The position numbers and the translations under genes were made by a program. Positions 13,201 through 25,729 of a DNA stretch of 64,000 bases are shown piece by piece. The stretch covers positions 53,506,001 to 53,570,000 of the forward strand of contig JAGIQG010000009.1 in NCBI GenBank assembly GCA_024679065.1. Reading direction: 5' to 3'. Below the pieces are notes generated by a model. The model had not been told where the DNA came from. It made no database searches and saw nothing but the letters and a program-made list of their open reading frames with translations. This stretch comes from Sphyrna mokarran (lineage: Eukaryota). How positions within the stretch are numbered: position 1 is the first letter of the stretch; each line of letters begins with the position of its first letter.

Positions 13201-14492
13201 TTGTTGCCTCAGTTCATTTTCTCTGTCATGTTGCAGGCCAAGTGTTGTGACTGGACCTCTTAAAGTGAGAATCTAGACCTTCACCAAATGCCATATCATG
13301 CCCTGTAGATTTCAGTTCTTTAGATTACAGTACAAACCACCAAAGACTTCTATTAACTCAGCAACTGCCGGTTGAAGTGGATCAGCAACTAACTTGAGAA
13401 GAAAATGATCCCTTTAAATAACACTAGTCATAAGTCTTTCCTGCTATTGAACACATGAGAAATTAAGTGTGTCTGTTAGCTGGAGCACAATGGTCCATAA
13501 AATGGCACAACAACAGTCAATACAGTCACACACTAAGGTCACAGTCTGCCTACTCAGGATACCTCTGGCAGATATTCCCAATGCCTACACCAATGAGTTC
13601 ACCTAGATGGTATTCAGTGCAACCTACTTCAGAAGTGTGCACATAGAGTTCACACACCTTTCAGGACCTGAAACAACACATCTGCTCCAGAAATACAGCG
13701 CTGTGCATCAGTTTTACAGCCCAGAAGTTTAAATTAAGCGCCTAAAATATTTATATGTTGTCATTCACCAATCTCCAAATCTTTGCTGGTATCGTTTGTG
13801 CCAGTTATCCTTTCAGGATAAGTAGGGCCGACATAATATTTTCACAGTCAGCACACAGTAGTGTTTGTTTGGACCACCAAAATCTCAATGTGCCTCTAGA
13901 AGCAAAATGAAGGTGAACAATGTATGTCACAGTGTGCAAGTGTAATGTAATGCCAAACTTATTTTAAAATTGGGGCTGCACTTTGATCATAAATGTAAAA
14001 CTCGTTTAAAAATAGAATCCACAGGGGTACTGGCGCACTCGGACATGAGTCATGATCTCTCAGAAATGGTAGCTGCCAGGATGAGTGCAAGTGCAATCTA
14101 TTCATTAGATTTTTATTGCTTTTCTAGTGTTTTATTTTTAATTGCTGTATTTTAAAGATTCTGTCCTAAAATCTTGATGGAAGCGGGGTTAAGCTTTTAG
14201 TCCAGATTTCCTTACAAACATTTACCTAGAGCTACATGTCCACGTCTTTGATGGTTGGGAAAGTTGGCTATTATCTAAACATTAGCAGAACTAGAGTATC
14301 TTCTCACCAGTATGCTGCGAATGTTAGTGCAACAACAATGCTTGAGATTCAGTGAGCAACTGACGATATTCTCTTTTTCCCTTTGTGAGAACATTGTTGA
14401 CTCAATGGAAGTTGGAAAAGGAGAAGTGCATGCAGTACAAATTAGCACCACTCACACTACAAATGTTTGTAAATCTAAATATTGGACTCGCA

Positions 14493-14618
14493 GGGTGGAA
14501 TTTTCCCCTATTGCCCATTATGGGAATTGTAATGGGTGGGTCACAGACCATACAAAGGTCTGTTGATCTTGGGCAGGATTTTCCGGCCTTGTGGTGACCA
14601 TAACTGGAAAATTCCACC
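14493..14618. mobile_element. Harbinger-type MITE, 170 nt past the PDC stop codon
   Basis: Perfect 13-bp TIR GGTGGAATTTTCC (14494-14506) / GGAAAATTCCACC (14606-14618). Internal sequence shared with 31649-31776. Confidence 0.7.
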
Positions 14619-14787
14619 AGTACAAACGAGGCAAAAACTTGATAGCATGCAAATGGTTGTTTCATTGTCCTCCTTACACAATATTGAAATGATGGAATAG
14701 CATTGGTTGAGATCAGAACATGCTTGAGATTATTTTTCCCTCTACAAAACTGGGACCTATCTGAGTTGAGCTTCACTGTACTGGGAT

Positions 14788-15315
14788 TTATTCAATATCT
14801 ACATCACTACCATCACTGGCATTTTCGCAGGGAGTGAATTCTCTTTCTGGCAAAAGGGCATATTCATTTAGAAAGGATTCAATGTCCACCGCAAAAAATT
14901 CTTCCCCCAACTGCTCAGTGATGTGTATGAAGTTGCCAATCAGCTCACCGGCTTTGTACACCAATAATGTTGGGAGAATATGGTCAGGGAAGCGGTCGCT
15001 AGCCCCGGTGTTGGAAGCTTTTATCTTACAGAACTTGACCAAGGGATATTCCAAAGCAAGGCAAGTTAAGCAATTAACCAGAGATTCACAGCCTTTAATT
15101 CCGTCTTCGTAAATGCTCACCATCACGGTAGTTTTTTTCAATTCTTTTTCAATCACTTCCAAAAATTGCTCGCCATTCTCTAGATCATAGACCACTCCAA
15201 ACTGCGGCCCAAAGCTTAGCTGCTGATGCATTTCCTGCATGCACTGCCTGCGGTACTTACGAAGACAGGCCTCGTCTTCCTTGCTCTGGATCATTTCGTA
15301 TTCCTGCACACTCAT
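14788..15315 (-). CDS. PDC: Phosducin, last coding exon (thioredoxin-like C-terminal domain)
   Basis: Acceptor TACAG|ATG. The 175 aa MSVQEYE...[21 protein letters not shown]...[13 protein letters not shown]...[16 protein letters not shown]...[16 protein letters not shown]...DVDIE* align with mammalian phosducin from the RKMS site to the C-terminus. Spliced product is 252 aa. Confidence 0.96.
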   Translation of the reverse strand: MSVQEYEMIQSKEDEACLRKYRRQCMQEMHQQLSFGPQFGVVYDLENGEQFLEVIEKELKKTTVMVSIYEDGIKGCESLVNCLTCLALEYPLVKFCKIKASNTGASDRFPDHILPTLLVYKAGELIGNFIHITEQLGEEFFAVDIESFLNEYALLPEREFTPCENASDGSDVDIE

Positions 15316-15477
15316 CTGTATTTTGTGGTGTGTAAAAAAAATAGTTTAAAGGTTTTGCAATCAAAATCTTAAGTCATTGTGGAAAGACCAATAACATGTT
15401 CTTATTTATTTATTCTGAATTCTTTTAAAAATTCTTGTACTTCAAGAACATTGTTTCTAACTGTATTAGATTTGACT

Positions 15478-15790
15478 TAGAGTCTCTACAATGCAGAAGG
15501 AAGCCATTTGACCCATCTGCACTGATCATAATCTCACCCAGACCCTATCCTCGTAACTCCACATACCTACCCTGATAGTTTCCCTGACACTAAGAGGCAA
15601 TTTAGCATGGCCAATCAACATAACCCACACATCTTTGGACCATGGAAGAAAACTGGAGCACCTGGACGAAACCCACTCAGACATGGGAGAAATATGCAAA
15701 CTACATGCAGACAGTGACCCAAGCCAGGAATTGGACCCAGGTCCCTGGCATTGTGAGACAGCAATGCTAAATACTGTGCCACTGTGCTGC
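15478..15790 (-). mobile_element. HE1-like V-SINE in the last PDC intron
   Basis: Reverse-complement V-domain CACATCTTTGGAC..GGAAGAAAACTGGAGCACCTGGA and head. Confidence 0.85.
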
Positions 15791-16264
15791 CTTGATCTGT
15801 TAAAGAATGTGTTACATGTGAATTTTCCTTCAGCAAGTGTGCAAAGTTGAAACCTATATAGTAACATTGTACATTATTGAGCAGCACCACACTCAAAGGG
15901 ACAATTACTACTGTGGTGAACATGGGCATTCTGATTTTTTCTTGCTTGTTCGTTCTGATTACATGTTAGTGCTGTAACTGTTTTTGCATTAGTCTCTGTG
16001 TTGATGGTGTATTCAACACCACCTTCCAAACCTGTGACCTCTGCTACCTTGAAGGACAAGAGCAGTGTGCATGGAAATACCACTGCCTGCAACTTCCCCT
16101 CCAAGCCATTCTCGGGTTGGGGTCAAAGTCCTGGAATTCCCTAACAGCACTGCTGAAGAAGTGTAGCAGCTCAAGGCAATGGCCCACCATTACCTTGTCA
16201 TCCATTGGAAGAAATTAAAAGAAAATATTTCAAAGAGCTTTCACTTTCAGAGCTTTCTGAGTGT

Positions 16265-16670
16265 CCTTAAAAACAGGAGTAGGCAATTTGACCAAGCCTG
16301 TTCCACCAATTATTTTGATCATGGCTGATCATCAAATTCAATATCCTGATACCCCTTTCCCCCATATTCCTTGATCCCTTTATCTCCAAGAAGTATATCT
16401 AATTTCTTCATGAAATCAGACAAAGATTTAGCTCAACTACATTCTGTGGTAGTGAATTCCACACATTCAGCACTTTCTGGAGACATTTCTTCTCACCTCA
16501 TCCCAGAAATCAGCATGGTAAACCTTTGCTGTGCTCCTTCTATAGCAAGGATATGCTTCCTCAGATGAAGACACCAAAACTGCACACAATATTCCAGGTG
16601 TGGCATCACCAATGCCCTATACAATTGCAGCAAAACATCCCTATCCTTGTACTCAAATCCTCAAGGCCAA
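16265..16670 (-). mobile_element. CR1 3' fragment
   Basis: CAGGAGTAGGC 3' UTR motif and CAAAACTGCACACAATATTCCAGGTGTGG (reverse of HLEYCVQF). Confidence 0.7.
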
Positions 16671-17206
16671 CATTGAGAGTTATCCTTTGCCAATTTTATC
16701 ATTCTGATTCTGGATATAGAGGCAAAAATGAATTAATGAATTTATGTATCACAGAATGTATTTAGTGATGTTAATTAACTATAGGTTGCTGACTTTTTAA
16801 TGTCTTTAGTGGGAATGGATATAATGGAAAAGAGAAACTGGGAAATGGAGTTGTACAAATGCTTCAGTTTCTGTGATCTTGCGAGGTCAGATTTCACAAT
16901 GATGAAGTTGGTCACTCAATTCAAATATTTGACATTTGGCATCTCAACATATATTTTGATAGCCTGGTTACTCCAAACACTAACTCAGCCCCATGCCAAT
17001 GAGCATCCCCATATCAATGAAATAACAGGCTTTAGTTAGTGAGTGAACACCAGAGAGAAATATTTGAACCAAAATTTATAATCAGGAAGAGTGATTTGCA
17101 CTACGAATCTATTGAAAGACAAAGGTTGAGTTTCTATCTTAAGCCTAATTGGTGAAATGGGTACAAAATTGCCTCCAAAATGGCCTCCATTTAGAAAATG
17201 TGCCTA

Positions 17207-17612
17207 CCACCTGTGAGTGACCCCATTTTTAGGCAGTGGCAATTTGCCACCTGTGAGTGACATTCTGAACTTTCTCCTTTCCTTCCCTATGTACAATATG
17301 TTTTGTTTATTTAGCAAGCAAGAAACAATACTTTTCACTATATACTAATACGTGTGATGATAATAAACCAAATTTAAGTTTAAAATGGCAACTTGGTATA
17401 AATTAGATAATGCAACTGAAAGTGTGTTTAATCACAAAATAAAACGTTTTTAGTCAAAAATGTTAAGTTGCTGTCCATCCACCACTATGAAAAACCCAGT
17501 TTTATTCAGTGTCAGTTCACCACCTGATGAACCCCATTTTTAGTCAGTGTTAATTTATCACCTGAGTGGCCCAATTGTGATGCCATTTTTAGTCAGTGTC
17601 AACCCATCACCT
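17207..17612. repeat. Degenerate ~40-bp direct repeat (about 5 partial units)
   Basis: Unit CACCTG(T)GAGTGACCCCATTTTTAG(G/T)CAGTG.CAATTT seen at about 17207, 17247, 17520, 17558 and 17582, with other sequence between 17262 and 17500. Confidence 0.6.
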
Positions 17613-19415
17613 TTTTAGAATACTGAAAATATTTTTTAAAAACATACAGTGCAATATACTCATTATATTCAGGCTCAATAGTCTGTTCTTCTTGGTAAAT
17701 TAGAATAAATTATATTCAATTTTGTTTTGAAACTTTCCTATTCCTTGCATCCAGAAGAATCAGTTCAGTTTTAGAACCTCCTCAAATAACCAGAGTTAGC
17801 AAAAACTCCCAATGAAAATGGACTGAGGTTAAGTTGCACAAACACAATTTGGGTACAAAATGTCACAATCTTTGTTGCTGGTTATACTAATTTCATGTGA
17901 GCAGCACCGTCAAAGCCAGCACAACCAGGCCATGATATTTATTTTTAAGTGGGAGATGCATGAAATTAAGTTGCGTTTTTGGTTAAAATGAACATGTTCA
18001 CTCCAGATGAATTACTCTTGTCTGTCTAGTTTTATTGCACTAGTTTTATTGATCAACCAATTTATTTGCTGATCTCTTACCATTAAATCATAGCTCAGAA
18101 ATAAAACTATTTTGTAGAATATATAGCATAGACCCCACCAGTCTGTATGGTGGTTATACTTCACAAGGACTCCTCAAACATTCTATTTGTCTTCTCTCTG
18201 CCTTTCAGTATATCTTTTGATTCTTTTTAAATCATGTATTCATTATGTTCATTTAGTTATCTTTATATTCCATGATAAATTGATTAAATCATTTATTTTA
18301 AATAATTTCCTGATTCTTTCTTAAGTCCTCCATATTCTTTTTTGTCTCCTGCCTTTTACTTTTTATTTCCCTTTTCCTTTAGATTCAATATTCTCTTTCA
18401 TTCTTTATTCATTCAAGTTCCCACAATTAGCTGAGTTAATTTTGGTGGGATACATTTTTCTTGAACTCTTAAAAATTTTTCATCGTTTATCTGCACCTTT
18501 GTTTTTCAAGATTTTCTTCCAGTTTATTTTCAGTTTCCTCTAATTTTCATCATAATTTACTCTTTTCCAATCTATTCCTTAATTTTTATCCTACAATGTC
18601 AGTCTCGATTCTAATCTCTAACCTTGCTACGTTGTGATCGCTATTACCAAGATACTCTCCTACTCTTACCTCTCCCAGCTCTCATTGGTGAATCTCTATA
18701 TATTAATAAGAATGGAGTCTACGTAATGGAAAATCATTTCCTTGTTTTGCTACTTCTTCCTCCTTTATTGGGGATATTTGAGCTATCCTATGCGTAGATT
18801 TTCTCTGATATTTTGGTTTCCTCTCATAGGCCAAAGATATGTAGGTTAGGTTGATTGGCCATGCTAAATTGTCCTTTAGTATGAGAGAATTGGCAGGATA
18901 AATACATGGAGTTATAGGGATTGGACCTGAGTGGGATTCTTGTCAGTGCAGACTCAATGGGCCAAATGGCCTCCTTCTGCACAGTAGTGCCTCTATGATC
19001 TATGAAATGATTACTATTCTCGGTCTATTTTTCACCTCCAAGATTTTCTTGCATATTCCCTTCCTATTCCCTTCAACTATTTATTGATCTATGAATATAC
19101 CTCTAGGCGTGACAGATCCTGTCCTTTAACTCAATCCATATGATTTCTATATTAATCTTACGATTAGTTACATCCTTTTTTCCTCTTCCAAAATGTTATT
19201 TTTAACTATCACAGCTTCTCCATTTACTCCCCTTCATTCCCTAAATGTGTTACATTCTGCAATATTTAGTTGCCAGTCTTTTTGCTATGTAGCCATGTTT
19301 CAGTCATCCTCCAATTCCTATCCTTTCCACAAATTATTGCCTCCAGTTTTCTGGTTTTAATTTGAATACTGCACTCATTGCTGTGCAAGCAGTTGCCTCA
19401 CCCATTTCAGCTTAC

Positions 19416-19573
19416 CTTACGAGTGAATTTCTCTCGTGTGTCTTTGTCTTTACTGAGAGATCGATATGGTGATGACAGTTGTCTAAGGAGTTTTCTTTTG
19501 TTTGAAGGAATGGAATCTTGGTCCTCGCTCTCCAGCTTAAACTTTCTCCAGTCATTTATTACCCCTTTTGGAC
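19416..19573 (-). CDS. PDC: Phosducin, second coding exon (G-beta-gamma binding N-terminal domain)
   Basis: Acceptor TTTCAG|GT and donor AAG|GTAAG. The 158 nt keep the frame and encode [53 protein letters not shown], the phosducin signature region. Confidence 0.95.
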
Positions 19574-19920
19574 CTGAAACACACTTATTGGTCACATGGC
19601 TGCTCCTTCAATCCATGTTTTTAGTACAGATGAGCAAAATGATACAGCTCCAACAGAAAATTGGAGACATGGCTTTTGATCCAGCAAATTTATGCTGGTG
19701 TTTGGGCTCCACATGTGCCTCCTGTTACTTCATCTCAATATACCAACATGTTCTGCTACTTCCTTTTCTTGTTATTATCAAAATATGTTCATTTGTTTTA
19801 TTTTAACCTTTGGTGCATTTGTAAATGTTGAATATGTAAATCCTTTGTGCGGGATACTACCAAAGGTTAAAGAAAGTAATAGTGAAACTGAGATCGTGAA
19901 GAAAAGAGTAAATGAAACAA

Positions 19921-20116
19921 TGATGTGGAGACACCGGCATTGGACAGTAAGAAGTCTCACAACACCAGGTTAAAGTCCAACAGGTTTATTTGGAATCATG
20001 AGCTTTTGGAGCACTGCTCCTTCATTAGGTGAGTAGATGAAAGAGCGGTGCTCTGAAAGCTCATGATTGTAAATAAACCTGTTGGACTTCAACCTAGTGC
20101 TGTGAAACTTCTCACT
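19921..20116. mobile_element. Palindromic Penelope-like insertion (two inverted termini) in a PDC intron
   Basis: 13-bp TSD GTAAATGAAACAA (19908-19920, 20117-20129). Arms of about 85 bp are inverted, and each carries a decayed hammerhead motif. Confidence 0.8.
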
Positions 20117-21196
20117 GTAAATGAAACAAAGCTCAAGTATTAGGAAACACCAGTAAAACTTGGAAATGAAGGGAACAAGTAAAATGTATCCAAACTGGTC
20201 TTGTCTATCTTAAAATGGAACTCCACTTTTACTGGTGCAGGTATCACTGATTTGTTTTGACTGGGATTTGAATATTTTTAACTGATTTTTTTCCTTCTGA
20301 GAGACGTGTGGTGTTCAAATAACAACATGCTATATCTCCTTGACCTGATAACGCAGTCTGAAAAGCTTTTGTGATTCAACCTTTTTTTGCATTTTTTTTG
20401 TCATTACCTTCCTCAGGTTTCAGCAAAAGATCAGAATTCAAAGCTGCCTTCTAATTGGTGGCTAATCCCCAAATCTGAAGACCAAAGTTTGCTACAATTA
20501 ATAGTTTGAATTAGCTGTGAACAAATTTTAATGATTTAAAATAATGCATCAGTAAGTGATCAGTAAAGAATAAAAACGTGTGGTAATATACCATAGGTGT
20601 TAAGAAGGAAGAAAAAACTTGGGGGATGATGAATGCCATTATTTTGAGGTTCTGGGAAAAATAAGAACTTACAACAATAGTATAAACATCTAGTTAGCAT
20701 TAGAACTTTGAATTTCTCTAATATCGTATAACAGCCTTTATGTCCGTTAATTATTTCCACATCCTTCAGCTCATGCCCATTGGGAATTCTTGGCACCTAT
20801 CCTTTAACAAAGGAGTCAGTTGAACAATAAACTGATGCTATCTTCCCTGGTACCTTGAGCACACAATGAATCTATGTGGAAAAAACACTGAAGACCATAA
20901 GAAATCTATAATTCATCTACCAGAAACATAGAAATCAAAAACTATGTAGGAGGAATGTAAGGAATTCCCTTAAAATGTAACAAACTCTTCCTCACTTCCT
21001 CCTTAGTTATTCTAAGAAGGAAACTAACCAGAAGGAAATGTTGAAGAGTGGTTTTGTTAGTGATTTGTATTTTCCATCTTCTGGGGAACCCTTAGCTTCA
21101 GTTTACACCAAGATCTTTTGGGTCTCAACAGACCTCTTGACCACATTGGGGCATGACTGTTAATACACCAAGATGCAGCATAACCTTTTTGATTAC

Positions 21197-21269
21197 CTGT
21201 GTTTATTGCTGACATTTCAAGGTTTGAATCAGATTCCACATCTTCATCGCAGCTTTGACCATGCTCCAT
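21197..21269 (-). CDS. PDC: Phosducin, first coding exon (MEHGQSCDEDVESDSNLEMSAINT-G)
   Basis: ATG at 21269-21267, then 24 codons + 1 nt and a phase-1 donor ACAG|GTAATC. It joins the next exon to give the conserved [10 protein letters not shown] motif. A polypyrimidine tract plus TAG acceptor upstream suggests the exon starts at 21297 with a short 5' UTR. Confidence 0.85.
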
Positions 21270-23385
21270 TCTGAATAGATTATATAAGGATAGATACCTA
21301 AAAAGGGGTAACAGGAAGATAAGATGAAGTTTGGAATTTTAAAACAGCCATTTAATGCACATGGATATGTTGTATATTCCTGGCCCACCTGCACCCGCCC
21401 CCCCCTCCATTGAAAAGTCAGTGGGCACCAAGCAAAAGTTCAATCTGACTGCCCTTCAATGATAATTCATTGGAGGCAGCCTTAGGGAGGTTAAAATGGA
21501 AGTTCTGCCCTCAAACACAGGAGATCCCGCCCTCGAGATCTGCTGACTAATATAAAAATTGAAGTGGGAACTGCTGGAACTGTAAGGAGCTTCGAGAAGA
21601 ATATAAGCAGGGTACCAGACAAGGTAAGTCTGGCTACTTCCACCAGGCTGTGTTTACACATGATTCTAGCCCCACATTATATGGTTGATTCTTCACATCC
21701 TTTGAAATGGCCAACAAACCACTTGGTTGTACATTCACTGTGAATACAAGGAAGAGGCCTACTATTGTCATCTAGGAACAAGCAAGAAATGTAGCCTTGG
21801 CAATAATTCTCATACTCTGAGAATTCATTTCAAAATGGAAATAGTAAATAAAATATTTATTTCAATGTGGGAAGTAGGGAAAGTTTGTAAAATTACAAAG
21901 GAGCTTAGAAGAAAAGAAAAGAAAATTCAAAAGAGCAACGATTGAATAGAACTAAAAAAGCAAACTACAAGATTTTTGTAGAGAGAATATATTTGGCATT
22001 CTGGTGTTACTGATAGTTACAGCAAATACTTATTAAAGGCTGGGATCCACTATTACATATCATGGTACAATACTATAAAAAAGTTGTGAGACATACCTCT
22101 ATGTCTTCTTCCCTCATTGGAAACATTATTGTAAACTTCTCCCTTTCCTTTCACCTGTGTTTGTCTCTCTCTAATCTCACAAGATTTTTGAACCCTTCAG
22201 AGTATTTGTTTTTTGTGTGGGTGCATGGGACCTTTGTCTTCAGCTTTAAGTCATGTACGTGGTCTTGACCAGCTAAAAAAACCTAACCCATTCACATGTA
22301 GCTCTATCTGAGCCAGCACATGTAAGGGAGGCCCAAGATTCATTGAGTCTTGGAGATGTCAAACGCAGAACTGAAGGCCAAGATTAGTTTTAATTTAATT
22401 ACATGAATATTGAATCATTTTCAATTGCTTTTTCATGGCTCATTTCATGGCACACTAGTGTGCAAAGGCACACAGGCTGAGAATCACTGACTTACAATAT
22501 GCTTATTAGGATGACATAAAATGTATTGCAGATAAACAGTCCATTTGATCTATGATGTGTTTATGTTCCACACAAAACCTCCTTTCATCTTACTTCATCT
22601 AAGCTTATCAAAATAATCTTCTTTTACTTTTTTATGTTAACTAGTTTCACCTTAGATTATTCTATGCTACTCACTGCATATACTCCTTATAGTACTAAGT
22701 TCCAAATTCTAACAACTTCCCAGTAGAGAAATATCTTCTGAATTATTTACTTGATTTATTAGTGAAAATTTATGACCCCTATTTTTGAATTGCCCAAAAC
22801 ATTATCTATATGTTAATCTTATCAAACTACTTCATAATATGAAAGGACTTCTTTAAGGTGCACCTCCAGCTTTCTCTTTTCTGGAGAAAAGAGTTCCAAC
22901 CTTTACTGATTGCTCAGTTACTGCATGCACTGTCCGTAGTAACAGTGAGTTACGTAGACCGGAAGCTTCCAGTTTCAATCACTGTTCTGCACAATTCCTG
23001 AACATTAGCTGATTCCCACCTATTCCCATAGCAGGATTCCAATTCCTTATCCATATCCAGTTATTCCTGCTGGAAGGCTGACTTGTATTAATGCCAGTGA
23101 GTGTGGAGTTGGTCATAACTGTGATGCTCTCCATAGGGAAAGATTTGCCATCTTAACTGATAGGATGACCAATTGAACGAGGTACCAGAGGTGGTCCATT
23201 GCCTAAAACTACACAAGAATTTGAGAGAGGAAAATCATTCTACTTATTCCATATTTTCCTGCCTTCGACAGATCGTAAAACGTGTCATGCACATTCCTTG
23301 GGGATTTAAGCAATAAACCATGAAAGTTTATTTGTTTTATTTCTTAGGTGTGATAAATGCATAAGCAGCTTGGTCCAGAACATAG

Positions 23386-24132
23386 TGAGCAGAATTCTCT
23401 GACAAAATGTCAGGTTCCGTCAGAAAACCAGCATGCCTCTACCCATAGGAACAAACAGCTTTCCCATAGAGACCTTCTCACAACTTATCTATTTTTTTAA
23501 AAGGAACATGTTTTATACTGTCATTGTGAGAAACACACTGACAAGCCTGGATCCACAGAGATCAGTCACCCTTTTTAAAAGGCACCCCGATTTCAAAGTG
23601 AAATTGAAGGCCGTGCCCCATCCCCTCTCTCCCTGTTGATGGCATGGTTCCCTCCTGCCTTTCAGCATAGATCTGTGCCATTGGGTTCCTCCCAAAGGAT
23701 CCCTCTTCATGCTCTGTCCCCTTCAAGTCCTGCTCCTTTCTTGCTCTCTTTATTGGCATTGTGGCACCACCATATTCCTGATGATCCGTGGACCACAATG
23801 GCCTCCGAGCACCACCACCTCTTACCTCCTCACCCCCACAGGCATGGTCATCATTGAGGAGGTCGGAGATTTCCATGGCAGCACATCATACCAACAGCTG
23901 GGAAAATTGCGTGTTCCCAGGAGATTTGGCATCAAGATACCTTTGTATTTAAACAGATGGTAATCAAAATCGGACCCTCACCGGGCATTCACCTGATTAT
24001 GTTTGGTGGGATGACCCAGGAACATTATGAACTGTTTTGTTCCTGGAGCAAATTCCATTCCAGGGCTCTCCTGGTATTTTCCCGAAGTAATGGGGATTGC
24101 ACCAGGAACAACACAGCCAGAGAATTACCCCC
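23386..24132. mobile_element. Non-autonomous Harbinger-like DNA element
   Basis: GC-richer island bounded by imperfect TIR-like ends GAGCAGAATTCTCT / AGAGAATTACCCCC, similar to the MITE termini. Confidence 0.45.
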
Positions 24133-24574
24133 AATGAGTAAATATGCTGTGCACTGAAACCAGTGCAAACTGATTATGGAAGTAGATGATAGTGTGGAAT
24201 TATCTGTGTTGCTTCTGACTGAAATTTGGGATTATCTTAAGGTGACAATAAATGCTTCAGTTCAAGCAAACCATTCTAAAATAAGTATACAATGCAAATG
24301 GACAAATATCAGGGAAAGCTTACAACCTGTTAAATCAGTTAGTGTACAAATCATTGAAATGTACTAGTTTGCGTATCGCATGGTGGTTGAGAGAATGCAT
24401 TTCATAGATTACCAAGGAAAAGCTTGGGATATAGTATGATCTGATTTTTCCCCACTCTTCAGTTCAGTGACATATTATCATTTTTTTTTCTGGGATTCAG
24501 TGTTTAATATTGGGGCAGTTATCCAGAAAGTGCAGAAGATGGGTGGGAGAGGGGTTGTGGTGGTGTGTGGGTGG

Positions 24575-24915
24575 AGTGATGGTGATGGCGCAGTGGGAAC
24601 ATTATTGGACTTGTAATGCAGAGGCCCAAGCTATTGCCCTGAAGCATGGGTTCAAACACCAACATGGCAGTTGGTGGAACTTAAATTCAATTAATAAATC
24701 TGGAATAATGAAGCCAGATTGTGTGAGGGTATCCATGACTTATGATTGATTAATTTAAGAGAAGGAAATCTGTATTCCTGATTCCAAACTCACTGCAATA
24801 TGGATGACTTTTAATTGCCCTCTGAAACGGCCTAGCAAGTTACTCAATCAAGGGCAATTAGGGATGGGTAATAAACATTGGCCTCGCCAGTAATACCCAT
24901 GAAACAAATAAACAA
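24575..24915 (+). mobile_element. SINE family B
   Basis: tRNA-like head (TGGCGCAGTGG..GGGTTCAAACACC) and tail AAGGGCAATTAGGGATGGGTAATAAACATTGGCC. Confidence 0.75.
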
Positions 24916-25729
24916 AAGTCTTGTCAAAGGATTTGCCTAATAACGTGATAATGCAAAATCATATTCAAACTCCAGATCAATTCTGTTTGGTAGGTAAATG
25001 TGACCTCAGGTGGCCTGCAACTTAATATCCAGTACAATTAACAGGCTTAAGCAGAATCCCACATTATTAGGATAGATTATTTTATGCTGTTGCATCAGCA
25101 GTAAGTAAGCTGGAAAATTACTCCATGACATCAGGCTAGGTCATTTGGTTACCTATTATCCTGGTCTTAGGGTAGATATGCTTATATAGTCTTCAATGCT
25201 GGCAGAATGTGTGTCATGCAAATTTATTTTTGGATACTAAAGCTTATAAGGACTTTGCAGCTTATGATTTAGGCTCCCGAACCTTCACTGAAGTCCAAAG
25301 ATGTGAGGGTTAGGTTGATTTGGCCATACTAAATTGTCCCTTGTCGTGGGGATTAGCAGGGTAACTACATGGTGTATTTATGATTGGATTTGTGTGGGAT
25401 TGTTGTCAGTTCAGACTTGATGGGCTGAGTGGCCTTCCTCTGCACTGTAGGGTTTCTCTGAATCTATGAATGTCCCATAGCACCTGACAGTCATGCCATA
25501 TCCAGTATTGTTGCCAGTGCAGAGTGCTACGCTATGTACTTTTCCTGTGAATTCAATGCTCAGTGAATTCACAATATCAGTCAATCAATCAAAGTGATCT
25601 TATAAATTGCCAACAAATGGTCATAATCTTAGCCATTCTGTTAAAGGTCTCAGTTTATGCCACCACATAGGCACTGCTTCAAAGCAGGTTTGGGCAAATA
25701 GTGAAAGTGCCACTCAGATGAACCTGTAC

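Noticed and set aside
15060-15092. CLTC (CxxC) motif in the thioredoxin-like domain of PDC
   Set aside because: It lies downstream of the position equivalent to the thioredoxin active site. Phosducins are non-catalytic, and there is no support for redox activity.
17520-17545. CTGATGA as a possible hammerhead core or snoRNA box
   Set aside because: No following stem II and GAAA, and no terminal stem. It is part of the 40-bp repeat.
17207-17612. Spaced repeats as a CRISPR-like array
   Set aside because: Eukaryotic intron, degenerate units, no regular unique spacers and no cas genes.
19378-19806. 142-aa plus-strand ORF (and 14834-15112) overlapping PDC exons
   Set aside because: Antisense shadows of coding exons with no recognisable domain.
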